Position numbers and translations under genes: made by a program
Notes under the pieces: generated by a model
Databases searched by the model: none
The model's input: only the letters and a program-made list of their open reading frames with translations
What the model was told of the DNA's origin: nothing
DNA from: a virus
Reading direction: 5' to 3' (one strand)
Virus record (IMG/VR): IMGVR_UViG_3300020430_000008
Span: 77,218-141,217 of that record
DNA length: 64,000 bases
Part shown: piece by piece, positions 20,603-30,517 of the stretch
Layout of the letters: each line of letters begins with the position of its first letter
How positions within the stretch are numbered: position 1 is the stretch's first letter

Positions 20603-21421
20603 TCAAGCTCCCCTAATAAAATACGTGACGATAGAATTCTCAATCGGCTTAGCATGCCAGAATGCGCGCATGCCGTACTTCTCACCTAAGCGACTGAGGC
20701 TGTCTTTACTGAAATAGTACAAATGCTCTGCTGGCTTGATATGCTTCCAATCGACACCTTCGTCCAAATAGTTCTGACACTCGATATCATGAGTGCCAAT
20801 GACAATAATACCCTTGGGAGAAAGTCGCTTAGTCATCTCATGCATAAGCACGTCAGGACGAGACACATGTTCAATAGTGTTGAAGCACATAATCACATCA
20901 AAGTCGCTTTCGCCGTAATCATTGATGTAGCCTTGAGAAAGCTGTACATTGTAACGTGCCATGCCTTCGTCAACATCTTGCTGGTTTGGGTCAATACCGA
21001 AAGCCTCGTAGCCCGCGTCCTCTGCAGCCTTGACCAAGAAGCCCATAGAACATCCGACATCAAGGAAGCGACCATTGTTCTTGAAACGAAGTGCGGGAGG
21101 CAGCAAGCCGTAGAAACTCTTTAGATATTGTATGCGCTCAGCAGAAATCATCTCGAACTCTTCAAAGCGCTCGTCGATACGCTTCTCTCCGATGCTGGTC
21201 TGGTACTCTCTCCAATAGTCACCTTCGTATTTGTCAACCCAGTGGTCGTTGGGTTGTGGAGGGTGAGTGGCAATAAAGCCGCACTTCGAGCACTGCTTAA
21301 TGTCAAGCTTTTGCTTACCACGACGAGACTTAGGCAAGCTCTCAAACTTATGTACTATTTTGCTGCGCTTAGCACCACAGAGCAAGCAGCCGCTGTTCTT
21401 TGTTCTATTCTTCATTGCCAT
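20603..21421 (-). CDS. Class I SAM methyltransferase with N-terminal zinc ribbon
   Basis: CLLC...CSKC, LDVGCSMG, FDVI, IEH, EHLYYF. Confidence 0.9.
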   Translation of the reverse strand: MAMKNRTKNSGCLLCGAKRSKIVHKFESLPKSRRGKQKLDIKQCSKCGFIATHPPQPNDHWVDKYEGDYWREYQTSIGEKRIDERFEEFEMISAERIQYLKSFYGLLPPALRFKNNGRFLDVGCSMGFLVKAAEDAGYEAFGIDPNQQDVDEGMARYNVQLSQGYINDYGESDFDVIMCFNTIEHVSRPDVLMHEMTKRLSPKGIIVIGTHDIECQNYLDEGVDWKHIKPAEHLYYFSKDSLSRLGEKYGMRAFWHAKPIENSIVTYFIRGA

Positions 21422-22319
21422 ACCAAGTGTTTTTTCCTTCCGTAATCGCTTCGTAGATTGTGTTCCACAAGTTATACTTTTCAAGAATCAGCTTTCTAGC
21501 TTCTGTCATGGCAGGAAGATGATCTTCAAAGTTGTCGTTTTCTAGAAGCTTAATAATGCGTTCTATTTCATTATGATCTCTAGCATCGAACGGAATGTAA
21601 GATCCCTCGGGAAAGAATTCATGAGTGTTTGAAATTCCGGGTGCAACATTGTAAACAGGCAGAGTCCAAGAAAGTAATGTATCTGTGAGTTGAGTTGCAA
21701 AGTAGTTTGGGTAAGTTCCATTGTCAAAAGCCAAGCAGTATTTATAGTTCTTTAGTGTATTATACTTGTCATCGTCTTTAATTTCAAGCACAAAATCAGA
21801 TAATTCTGGTAATCTGCTGATGCGCCCAAACAGATCAAACTTGTCTCCGTGTTGTTGTTGAAAAGCCTTTACGAAATCAACGCGAGCGCGCATGCCGGGA
21901 AGCCATGTCTTCTCAGAAACTGTACACGACATATGCTTTGTTTTCTTCTGTGGCTTCAAGTTAAGTAAGTCGTCGTAAGTCTTTGTATAGCCCGAACGCT
22001 CACAATACCAAAACGTGGAGAAGTATGATTCGCCAGTCAAAAAGGAAAAGCGACGGATGCGGGGATCCATCGGACCCATGCCGCCACCGACACCGCGTGG
22101 TTCTCTGCTAAAATAGAAAGTCTTGCTTGGGTCAGGGGTCTTGACATCTGTAGCTTCTAGGATAATATAGTAGTCGGCATCCTCGATGTTTGGAGTGCCC
22201 TCCATATCTTTCCAGATGCCCTTGTTGCCGGGTGTTTGCCGTCGTGCGCGGTGCAGCAACTCGTTCTGATTCATGTTGTCCATGCCCTTCGATGGCATGA
22301 AGTAAATCTTAAAACTCAT
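21405..22319 (-). CDS. GT10 (alpha-1,3-fucosyltransferase)-like protein
   Basis: REP, R..F, DLFGR, DK...L..YKYCLAFDN, LPVY. Confidence 0.7.
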   Translation of the reverse strand: MSFKIYFMPSKGMDNMNQNELLHRARRQTPGNKGIWKDMEGTPNIEDADYYIILEATDVKTPDPSKTFYFSREPRGVGGGMGPMDPRIRRFSFLTGESYFSTFWYCERSGYTKTYDDLLNLKPQKKTKHMSCTVSEKTWLPGMRARVDFVKAFQQQHGDKFDLFGRISRLPELSDFVLEIKDDDKYNTLKNYKYCLAFDNGTYPNYFATQLTDTLLSWTLPVYNVAPGISNTHEFFPEGSYIPFDARDHNEIERIIKLLENDNFEDHLPAMTEARKLILEKYNLWNTIYEAITEGKNTWYGNEE

Positions 22320-23089
22320 TTTGTTCCTCCGAAATGATAACCAAACGTTTCTAGTATATTATGCCAGCGTTTTTCGAGCAAATATTTTTGCAATGGTGTA
22401 TACATCTCTCTATAATCTTCTTTGTTTGGGTTGATGTTTGCGTCCTTACTTGGTACGTCATCATATTCGATGTTATTCTTTTCGCACCACTTGATAATAT
22501 CGACTTTTAAGTTTTCACACCTCAACACATTCTCAAGCTTAGGCACCAGTCTACCGTCTTTAGTGTACAATTGGGCGAATAGATTCTGCTTCAATGGTGG
22601 TATATGCCATGTTGCCTCGTCATCCAGATATCGGTCAACGAACTCTGGGAATGTCTTTGTATTCATCAGCGTGTTGCAGTTAGCCCAGCCGCCGTATTTG
22701 ACACTGTTTGCGGTCCAATCTTCATGAGCGCGAGGCTGATATCTCCAGTAAGAATAGAACAGGCTAAATGGGTTCCTGACTATTGTGACGTATTCAACAT
22801 TGTCGCTTTCCATGGAATAGATCGGCTTGTACACTCTATGGTATGCCATGTCTTTTAAGAAAGGCATATGCGAATATTTAGCCGCTTTTGGATTCCAACC
22901 ATCAACCGTAAAGTTGTAAGGAAACGCATGTGCTAAATTTTCAACATGGCTTCCCAACATCTCGACACCACCTCTTGGACTTGGCACATGCATAGTGCTT
23001 CCACACTTCAACATGTTTTTAAAATAAGTGCCGCCTGTCTTGGGAACATGAATGAAAAGCCACTTCGGAACATTAATAATCATACTCAA
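22316..23089 (-). CDS. Sulfotransferase family 2 protein
   Basis: FIHVPKTGGT (5'-PSB), IVRNPF...S (3'-PB). Confidence 0.85.
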   Translation of the reverse strand: MSMIINVPKWLFIHVPKTGGTYFKNMLKCGSTMHVPSPRGGVEMLGSHVENLAHAFPYNFTVDGWNPKAAKYSHMPFLKDMAYHRVYKPIYSMESDNVEYVTIVRNPFSLFYSYWRYQPRAHEDWTANSVKYGGWANCNTLMNTKTFPEFVDRYLDDEATWHIPPLKQNLFAQLYTKDGRLVPKLENVLRCENLKVDIIKWCEKNNIEYDDVPSKDANINPNKEDYREMYTPLQKYLLEKRWHNILETFGYHFGGTK

Positions 23090-24530
23090 ACATTTCGATA
23101 TCTTTACGATACCTCTCCGCTACTTTGTCACGCAACTCGTCAGAGTAGTAATCCTTGTAGGCACGCTTTGTGCCGGAGTTCGAGGAAACGTTAATATTCT
23201 CAAGCTTATTATCAATATTAATATTGGCACAGATGTATGCCCACTCATCATCAATGTTTTCCAACTTTCCAATGTGGTTCACAATCAACTGACCCCTGTG
23301 TGTGACGAAGGTATGCTGTGAGCGGAAATGGTCTTCCGCGATCTCGTCAGGTATATCACACACGGCATTAGCAAATTCTTCAAACGTCATTGATTGATGA
23401 AACAAATCTCCGTAGTTTCTGACCAGAGCGCGGTGGACGCCATTCTCATAAAACTCGTTTGTCTCGCCAGATGAAAGAATCTTGTTTTTGTAGCAAGAAA
23501 CAAGTCGATCCCATGGATTGCGAACTATTGCAAACTTTAGAAAATCCCATGTCTGGTCTGATAGCAGTAAATGCTTCGGGACGATTGGCCAGTTTGCAGC
23601 GTGCATAGCCTCAAATGACTTGAGATCGTTGAACACGTTGTCCTTGGCAGCGTCACTGATACTTACATCGACACCAAAATGTGGTGCCAACGCCATCTTG
23701 AGACTGCTGCATGCAACCTTCGGTATATACGTGTACACAAATCGATTGTTAGGCGATACAATGCACGTAGATGGGTGAGAGTCCGTAGGCGATGTTAGCG
23801 TGGCATACGGAGGCTTCTGACGAATCTCTGTCTCGGTACGAACCTGTAAGCCATTGTCTATCTTATGATCGTTAAGTGGGTTAGACATGTTGTATACATA
23901 CAGCGGGTCGGCAATGTGAACGCTGCGAGGACCAGCCATCTCAAGCATTGGAAACATGAATGCCAAATCCCACGCCATACGATAGAAGTTTCCATCCTTA
24001 TCTTGCAAATCCTCGACCTTGATTCTGCTCCACAAGTCGTACTTAAAGGTGCGCAAGTGAGATGCCTGCCATGGGGCTTGACGCAACAAGCGTTGAGAAA
24101 TCCATTCTGGTGGGATTTGCTTGGCGAACTTGCCCTTCTTGCCGCTTGGGTACTCCGCATAGCTACCGTAGGTCATGCGACAATCGCTGTTGCGGTACAC
24201 CATGTCGAGAAATGTCAAGACATCACGTCGTGAGAACCAATCATCACCGTCAAGAGTTACAATAATATCTTCGGGGTCAGGACTTGACAACGCAATACCA
24301 TCATAAATATTCTTCAAAGCAAATGCTTTTTCCTGCACTTCAACAAAGGTAAAGCGAGGGTCGTTTCCGATTTCCTCGCGTACAATGTTTACCGTGTTGT
24401 CTGTTGACATGTCATCCAGTAGGATGCATTGAAAATCTTTATAATCTTGCGCCTTGATAGAGCGAATGCAAATCTTGATCCACTTCTCTACATTGTAGAA
24501 CGGAACAATGATCTTGAAATGACTAGCCAT
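23073..24530 (-). CDS. GT2 glycosyltransferase fused to sulfotransferase family 2
   Basis: IIVPFYN, DDMSTD, LDGDD; then YIPKVACSS, VRNPWDRLVSCY, HFRSQ. Confidence 0.9.
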   Translation of the reverse strand: MASHFKIIVPFYNVEKWIKICIRSIKAQDYKDFQCILLDDMSTDNTVNIVREEIGNDPRFTFVEVQEKAFALKNIYDGIALSSPDPEDIIVTLDGDDWFSRRDVLTFLDMVYRNSDCRMTYGSYAEYPSGKKGKFAKQIPPEWISQRLLRQAPWQASHLRTFKYDLWSRIKVEDLQDKDGNFYRMAWDLAFMFPMLEMAGPRSVHIADPLYVYNMSNPLNDHKIDNGLQVRTETEIRQKPPYATLTSPTDSHPSTCIVSPNNRFVYTYIPKVACSSLKMALAPHFGVDVSISDAAKDNVFNDLKSFEAMHAANWPIVPKHLLLSDQTWDFLKFAIVRNPWDRLVSCYKNKILSSGETNEFYENGVHRALVRNYGDLFHQSMTFEEFANAVCDIPDEIAEDHFRSQHTFVTHRGQLIVNHIGKLENIDDEWAYICANINIDNKLENINVSSNSGTKRAYKDYYSDELRDKVAERYRKDIEMFEYDY

Positions 24531-25371
24531 TAATAATATCCCTTACAATTTGTGGTATCTCTTCTCTCTTGTTACGCATAACTTCAATCAGTTCTTCGCC
24601 CTTAAGGTGAAACCATGGCTCTTTAGTAGCGCCGACGTTTTGATTTGTAACGACAGCCATGCCCATCATCCGTGCCTCGACAGCAATGCGCGAAAGCGTT
24701 TCAGGAGTCTGCGGGAAAAACACAAGTCTTTTATACGTCCCTAACTGTGAGAGAAAGTCATGATAATCGCTGGGTGGTATCAGCGCGTGTGGTAGGTTCT
24801 TGACCTTACAATACCTGACAGCGCCAATAGTGTTCTTATGCCAGTTGTCGCTTTGCATAATAGCACACATGTCAAGCTTCTCTTGCTTTGCCAAGCTGCT
24901 CATAAGCTCAAGACTGTCAGAAGACCACAGATTACCACCCAAGCTTTTAATAGTGTCGAGTCCAAGATTTTTACGAACAATGTTTGCATGAAAATCAGAC
25001 TGACATAAGATAGCCTTTGCGTTTTGGTAGAACTTTTGATTGACCAGTTCTGACTCTGGTACTTCAAAGTTTTCATACTGCGCAGGGTTTCTGTTTCTTA
25101 CATACTTGTGGTCGTGCTCGTAAATGATGTAGTTAGCACGCTCAGTGAGAAAAGTGTAGCTCTGGTAAGATAGCTCAAGAAAGTTTGAAATGATGTAAAA
25201 ATCTACCAACTCATTTTGAATTGCAGCAGGGTCAAGGTTTCTGCTCTTGACCTTCATCACCGTGTAATCTGCAGATAAAAGTTTAATAAGTTCGTCATTG
25301 TTGACTTCCCCACCACCGGGGATTTCATCTGCAAAATAATCAGCTACGAACGCTATCGTCTTTTTGCTCAC
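24523..25371 (-). CDS. GT-B/GT4-like glycosyltransferase
   Basis: GGGE, HDHK, ETLSRIAVEARMMG; GTG start VSKKT. Confidence 0.7.
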   Translation of the reverse strand: MSKKTIAFVADYFADEIPGGGEVNNDELIKLLSADYTVMKVKSRNLDPAAIQNELVDFYIISNFLELSYQSYTFLTERANYIIYEHDHKYVRNRNPAQYENFEVPESELVNQKFYQNAKAILCQSDFHANIVRKNLGLDTIKSLGGNLWSSDSLELMSSLAKQEKLDMCAIMQSDNWHKNTIGAVRYCKVKNLPHALIPPSDYHDFLSQLGTYKRLVFFPQTPETLSRIAVEARMMGMAVVTNQNVGATKEPWFHLKGEELIEVMRNKREEIPQIVRDIING

Positions 25372-25642
25372 GCTTCTTTTTCTCCGTTTTCTTTCTTTCT
25401 TCAAACTCTTGTTTAGACTCAAGATAATCTTCTGCAAAAGTCATAACATCTCCGTGTTTATTTCGCAACACACCATAGTTGATATAATCACCAAAATATG
25501 TGTGCTGTTTTACACTCTGAACAACGCCCCAGCCAGCATCGCGACCAAGAAAGCCATCGGCATATGCCTCATACCATCTTACAAAATCACCAACTTTGAA
25601 TTTTGCAGATACTTTTGGGGTGGCTTTATTCGTGTTCTTCAA
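25340..25642 (-). CDS. Small SH3/KOW-like protein
   Basis: FKVGDFVRW...GWGVV. Confidence 0.55.
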   Translation of the reverse strand: MKNTNKATPKVSAKFKVGDFVRWYEAYADGFLGRDAGWGVVQSVKQHTYFGDYINYGVLRNKHGDVMTFAEDYLESKQEFEERKKTEKKKREQKDDSVRS

Positions 25643-26915
25643 CGCCTGCCTCCAACTCTGTAAGCCATGCGTCGATATCTAAGTTTTGTTCGCCTGCGAA
25701 AGCTTCGCAGAATTGAGAATACATGTTCTCAGGTGTGAAGTTATTAAGAATGTGCTTCTTAAGCCTGTTAGCAGTTCCTTGGTGACGAGAATGATTCTTG
25801 TGCAAATCACGAATCTGCTTCTTAAAGCTGCCCTCTTCTGGCTCACACCACTGAGAACCTTGCTGAATCACTCCCTCCCACAACGTTTCCTGCGGGACCG
25901 GTCCCAGCTTGTAATCTACCTTCAAAAAATGAGGGCGAAGCTTGTCAGTCTTCTTGCTGTTGCTGGGAGCCATGAGAAAGTCCATGTGACCGCTCCAAGC
26001 AGGAGCAACAACAGGCAGTCCACAATATGCTGCCTCAAAAATAGGTAACCCATAGCCCTCGCCATGTGTTAAAGTAACAAGACCCTTAATCTTAGGGTGC
26101 TGATACAAGCTGTGGATTTCGTTCTCTGACATATGCCCGTGGATTAAATGAATCTTGCACTTACGATCAGGATACGCTTCAAGCATATTAGCAAGCTGCT
26201 TCTTAATAAACACTCGGTCAATGTTGGAAGTGTTCATGTGAAAAACCTTAAGAGCTAATCCAACATCCTCATCATCATGAAACTCTTCGATAAACCATTC
26301 GATGGTGTTGTGTACATTCTTGCGCGGACCCCACTGGGCTACACAGAGAAAGTTAAAATCTGTACTCAAGTCAAGACCCAGATCATCAGGGTTTGAGTTT
26401 GACGTGTCCTTTACAGGATAGTTAACAGTGGTAATCGGAGTCTCGCACTTGAGAGTTCCAATGCGCTCGTTTGTTCCCTGCTTCATGATACCATAAGATG
26501 TGGACTCATACACTTCTTTAGAGTGATTGGACACAACGATAATACGATCCATTTCGCGAGACTTCTCAATCCACTGTGGGGCTACCATGGTAGTCTCGAT
26601 ACCAGCAGTGTAGCCGACATTGACAGGCGCAATCTTCTTCCACTCGTTAGGAATAGTAACTTGCAGAGAGATGTCATATTGCCCACCATTCTGTTGGTGG
26701 ATCACAGTCTTGTGAAGCATACGGTCAATCCACTCGCGCTCTTCATCATCATCGTGAATCCAGCCGGTATTACCCCAGTTGGTTGCGTGCAGATAAATAT
26801 CGTACTGGTCTTCCAGAGTACGCAAGGAGCGCAGAGCAAATCTACATTGCTCCCCGTATCCTGATAGTGTAAGTGCAGGTCCAATCACAATGACCTTTTG
26901 TCTATTATCATTCAT
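25626..26915 (-). CDS. GT4 glycosyltransferase
   Basis: SGYG, RKN, HGEGYGLPIFEAAYCGLPVV. Confidence 0.92.
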   Translation of the reverse strand: MNDNRQKVIVIGPALTLSGYGEQCRFALRSLRTLEDQYDIYLHATNWGNTGWIHDDDEEREWIDRMLHKTVIHQQNGGQYDISLQVTIPNEWKKIAPVNVGYTAGIETTMVAPQWIEKSREMDRIIVVSNHSKEVYESTSYGIMKQGTNERIGTLKCETPITTVNYPVKDTSNSNPDDLGLDLSTDFNFLCVAQWGPRKNVHNTIEWFIEEFHDDEDVGLALKVFHMNTSNIDRVFIKKQLANMLEAYPDRKCKIHLIHGHMSENEIHSLYQHPKIKGLVTLTHGEGYGLPIFEAAYCGLPVVAPAWSGHMDFLMAPSNSKKTDKLRPHFLKVDYKLGPVPQETLWEGVIQQGSQWCEPEEGSFKKQIRDLHKNHSRHQGTANRLKKHILNNFTPENMYSQFCEAFAGEQNLDIDAWLTELEAGVEEHE

Positions 26916-28186
26916 AGCTCAGTATGCTCCCATCCCTTATAGTTTTTGCGACCCTCGGGGTGATTCCAAGAGCCAAAGTTTTCGTGTGCCTCTTCCAACA
27001 GGCTGACCCAGCGCTGACCAAAGTTTTGGAAGTTGAAATTATTCAGCGTGAACTCTCGACCGGAAAGACCTAAAGCAGAGCGGTCTGCGGCAGACATGTT
27101 ATACATTTCCTTCAAGGCGTTGATAAAGTCTTCCTTAGAAATGCGGTCCTCGTAGATGTACGGAACGTCCTGAGAGCCAATAATAGCCTTAGACGAGGGT
27201 TCAATGCCAATACCAAACCACTTTGTTCCGTCCGTTACTTGGTCCTGCAAGCCACCAGTCATGTTGACAATAATAGGTGTACCGCAAGAAAGAGACTCAA
27301 GAGTTGCAAGCCCAAAACCTTCGGCGTCACTGACATTGATTGTGCAATCAACAGCGTTGTACATCTTGGCTAACTGCTGTGGCGGGATCTTTTGCGTTGA
27401 CAACAGAATCTGCCCCTCAGTCATGCCAGTGCGCTCCATAATGGCGATCATGTCTTGACCATGCTGGTCCTTTGGATCTGTATGCATCAGCAGACGTGCC
27501 TTGTCATGACCGACTTCATCAAGAAAGTCCTTGAACCACCACATAATGCTGCCTGTTTGCTTACGGCGGGCATTGCGATTGTTCCAGAAGAAAGTAAATT
27601 TGTTATCTTCCTCGCCCTCGGGGATTTTGAAAAACACTCTTCTAAAAGCATTGATTTCATCTTGCGCCATCGGCGCGAAGACGCTGCCATCGACAGCGTG
27701 AGGCAGATATTCTCTCGCAACTGTAGGAGAGACATTCGCAACGATATCGTCAGTGACCTTAGAAATCGTAACAACCATATCATTTGAATCATAGAACTTC
27801 TGATTAAACATAGGGTACGGCTTGTTGTCCCACACATGATAATAAATCAGCGGAACCAAGGGGCGAACCTCTTGCTCAATCATCCACAACCAGCCGAAAA
27901 AGCGCGGGTCGGTCATAAACCACAGAATGTCAGGACGCTCAGTGCGCAGAATAGAGCGTACAGCGTCAGGAGTACCATACCCATCGACCGGATAGATAGT
28001 CCAAAGGTCGCCCCATTCCTCAGTCTTCTGTGGCTGATGGTCTGGATGGCGAATAGCGCCGCCAAGACTGACAACTTCAAACTTGCCAGACCTAAGTAGC
28101 GCTTCAATCACATACTTTGTTTGTGTACCGACACCCGATGGAGATAACGGATGGTCGGAGATGGTTAATACTTTAATTTTTCTCAC
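26912..28186 (-). CDS. GT4 glycosyltransferase
   Basis: SGVG, RNARRKQ, EGFGLATLESLSCGTPII. Confidence 0.92.
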   Translation of the reverse strand: MRKIKVLTISDHPLSPSGVGTQTKYVIEALLRSGKFEVVSLGGAIRHPDHQPQKTEEWGDLWTIYPVDGYGTPDAVRSILRTERPDILWFMTDPRFFGWLWMIEQEVRPLVPLIYYHVWDNKPYPMFNQKFYDSNDMVVTISKVTDDIVANVSPTVAREYLPHAVDGSVFAPMAQDEINAFRRVFFKIPEGEEDNKFTFFWNNRNARRKQTGSIMWWFKDFLDEVGHDKARLLMHTDPKDQHGQDMIAIMERTGMTEGQILLSTQKIPPQQLAKMYNAVDCTINVSDAEGFGLATLESLSCGTPIIVNMTGGLQDQVTDGTKWFGIGIEPSSKAIIGSQDVPYIYEDRISKEDFINALKEMYNMSAADRSALGLSGREFTLNNFNFQNFGQRWVSLLEEAHENFGSWNHPEGRKNYKGWEHTEL

Positions 28187-28196
28187 TTATTTTTCC

Positions 28197-28958
28197 TCAT
28201 GGGCAATCCGCAGTCTTATAGAATGCACACCGTTGACACGACAAGCGATTCTTGATGTGGTTGCCCTTAATAATATTTTGTAGTGCTTTGTCTAGCAAAG
28301 CTAGAGCATTGTCGGTCTTTCTTGGACCGCTTGTTACTCTAAAAATCTCGACCCTGTTCTTCTTAGCTGTGCGCTTGAGAAGTGCGAAGTGAGTCTCAAT
28401 CATCTTCGGGTCAATGCCATGCTTAATGGCATAAAAATGTTTGTACAAAGTCAACTGGTAAGTCGTCATGGGTTCGCTGCGACGTTTTGCATCCCAGCCC
28501 CATGAACACGACTTCCAGTCAACAATGTGAATCTTCTCATCGGAAGTCTTGATCACCGCGTCGATAAAACCCTTGAAGTTATAATCGGCATAACCGGTGA
28601 TTGGTTCAAATATTTGTTCCTCAGTAGAAACTACTTCATAATCCTCACCAAAATAATCCTCGACCGCATCTTCGATCTCAGGCATAATGTTCTTTCCCTG
28701 TGTTGCCATGTCAACAACAAGCTTCTGGTTAATCTCAACGTCATCGTCAAGACTTGCAATGTTGTTTCGTAGCTCATCAATGAAGAGCTTTGGAGACACA
28801 GCTTCGCGGAGCAGCATCTTCTCACAAATTGTGTGAATAGCTGTTCCAAAAGCCGTGTATTCGTTGCCCTTGAAACCAGCAAGCTTGTCAATGTGAACAA
28901 GCTTGTGATAAAAAGCGCAGGTATTCCAGTTCTTAAGTTCAGAAAAAGAAATATGCAC
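28197..28958 (-). CDS. PD-(D/E)XK nuclease (Cas4/RecB-like exonuclease)
   Basis: ISFSE..C, FGTAIH, GFIDA, IVDWKS, QLTLY, C-terminal CxxC...C. Confidence 0.88.
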   Translation of the reverse strand: MHISFSELKNWNTCAFYHKLVHIDKLAGFKGNEYTAFGTAIHTICEKMLLREAVSPKLFIDELRNNIASLDDDVEINQKLVVDMATQGKNIMPEIEDAVEDYFGEDYEVVSTEEQIFEPITGYADYNFKGFIDAVIKTSDEKIHIVDWKSCSWGWDAKRRSEPMTTYQLTLYKHFYAIKHGIDPKMIETHFALLKRTAKKNRVEIFRVTSGPRKTDNALALLDKALQNIIKGNHIKNRLSCQRCAFYKTADCP

Positions 28959-28965
28959 AGTTACC

Positions 28966-29304
28966 TCAGTTGGTAGTAGTTGTTTTCTTAGCGGTAGTCT
29001 TTCTAGTGGTCGTCTTCTTGGTGGTGGTCTTCTTGGCGGTCGTCTTTACAACCTTCTCAAAGATCCAAACACCAGAACGGTTACCACCCTTGCCTTCGCG
29101 ACTGACCCAATTAGACAAAGCGCCACAGGTTTGAACCATTCTGTAGTTGCCGTAACCGTCTTGCTTAATAATGTCAAGAGCATTGGTGTCGGTACATTCC
29201 AGAATAGGTTCGCGAGCCAAGTGACGTTCAGGCAACTCAACCTTGAGAGTGAGGTGCTTCTTGTCTTTACTGAGTTCGATATCGTAAGCGTAATCAGTAG
29301 CCAT
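28966..29304 (-). CDS. Hypothetical protein with K/T-rich histone-like tail
   Basis: KTTAKKTTTKKTTTRKTTAKK; start refined to MATDY. Confidence 0.65.
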   Translation of the reverse strand: MATDYAYDIELSKDKKHLTLKVELPERHLAREPILECTDTNALDIIKQDGYGNYRMVQTCGALSNWVSREGKGGNRSGVWIFEKVVKTTAKKTTTKKTTTRKTTAKKTTTTN

Positions 29305-30070
29305 CGTTAATCCATCCTTCTTGTTCTTCTTTTTCCATTTCGTCCGCAGGTTGGAACTGACCTGCCTGTACAATCGCCATAAGCTTCTCATGGAGAACAG
29401 GACAAATTTGTTTTATGTACTTGGGATCCTCACCAGTGAAAATCGCCTCAAACCCATTTGCCCAGTACTCGGACACAGAGGTTGCGGCATATGGCGACAG
29501 GAAAAGCCCGCTGACCATATGCCTTAGTCTATCATATCCTACAGTTTTATACAAGAATTTATCGAACTTTTTATCATATTCTGGATTGATGTAGTCATAC
29601 ATGCTGAGATTGTGAATGCCGTGGGCATTTAAAGTGCTGTAAAGTACACGGCGCTTGTTGATAAACTCAGTTTCAAGCTGTCCGTCGCCAAAGATTTCCA
29701 TTCCATAGTTTTTCTCAACCGCGTGCGCCACTTCATGTACAACGTCATCAAACATATCAGCTTCATCGTCTTGATCGTTTGTCAAATAGATAGCCCCGTC
29801 TTCGTACAGGGCGTCAATATCTCTAGCTTTAAACATTTCAAAATCACCGATAATGATTGCGTCAACATCCATCATCAAAAATGGTGGGATAAGTTGCTCG
29901 ATTTTAGTTAAAACATTTTCAAGATCAAAACCCTTTGGAAGAGGGTTTTTAATGTAAATATCAATGTGGTTGTGAAGCCTGACTTGTGCAGTCTTCATTT
30001 CATTAACAAAGTCGCTACTGCTAGACCTTGCAATATACTCTGTTAATCCGTCATTCCGTTTCTGTGTCAT
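29294..30070 (-). CDS. Zincin-like metallopeptidase
   Basis: HEVAHAVE plus downstream EYWA.GFE. Confidence 0.7.
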   Translation of the reverse strand: MTQKRNDGLTEYIARSSSSDFVNEMKTAQVRLHNHIDIYIKNPLPKGFDLENVLTKIEQLIPPFLMMDVDAIIIGDFEMFKARDIDALYEDGAIYLTNDQDDEADMFDDVVHEVAHAVEKNYGMEIFGDGQLETEFINKRRVLYSTLNAHGIHNLSMYDYINPEYDKKFDKFLYKTVGYDRLRHMVSGLFLSPYAATSVSEYWANGFEAIFTGEDPKYIKQICPVLHEKLMAIVQAGQFQPADEMEKEEQEGWINDGY

Positions 30071-30458
30071 TTTCTACAGGTACTTCGGTGCTGCCATTTG
30101 GAGCAGTGACGGCAGGCGTTTCGCCAAGCTCGATTGCACCTTCCTTAAGAAGCTCAAAGCCCTTCTCAGAGTCGTGCAGCGCCTGTGCATAGCCGCGCAT
30201 CCAATTCTCTTCTGCAATGGCAAGCATAAGCTCTGGAAACTCAACTCCAAAAGCGTGTACAATCATCTCGGTTGTCACATTGCCATCTGCAGGCTTGAGA
30301 ATGTTGCCGACATAATCAATAAGCCACTCCTTCATAGGGTTGACTGCCTCAACAGGTTCAGTCAATACAGGATTCTTCTCCTGTTGCGCTTCGGCAGGAA
30401 ACTCGCCAGTCTCGGTGCTGTCAACAAGCCCATTGGTGAGCCATTTAATTTCAGCCAT
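30051..30458 (-). CDS. Hypothetical protein
   Basis: 135-aa ORF with an AGGAG RBS behind a consensus promoter. Confidence 0.7.
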   Translation of the reverse strand: MAEIKWLTNGLVDSTETGEFPAEAQQEKNPVLTEPVEAVNPMKEWLIDYVGNILKPADGNVTTEMIVHAFGVEFPELMLAIAEENWMRGYAQALHDSEKGFELLKEGAIELGETPAVTAPNGSTEVPVENDTETE

Positions 30459-30481
30459 AGTATTATTTCTCCTTAGCTATC

Positions 30482-30510
30482 ATTATAACCGCTTAAGAAC
30501 GGTGTGTCAA
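30482..30510 (-). promoter_or_regulatory. Sigma70-type promoter
   Basis: TTGACA-17 nt-TATAAT, perfect consensus. Confidence 0.85.
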
Positions 30511-30517
30511 GTTTTTT

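Noticed and set aside
28197-28958. Cas4-like nuclease as evidence of CRISPR-Cas
   Set aside because: No repeat-spacer array or other cas genes are visible; stand-alone PD-(D/E)XK exonucleases are common in phages
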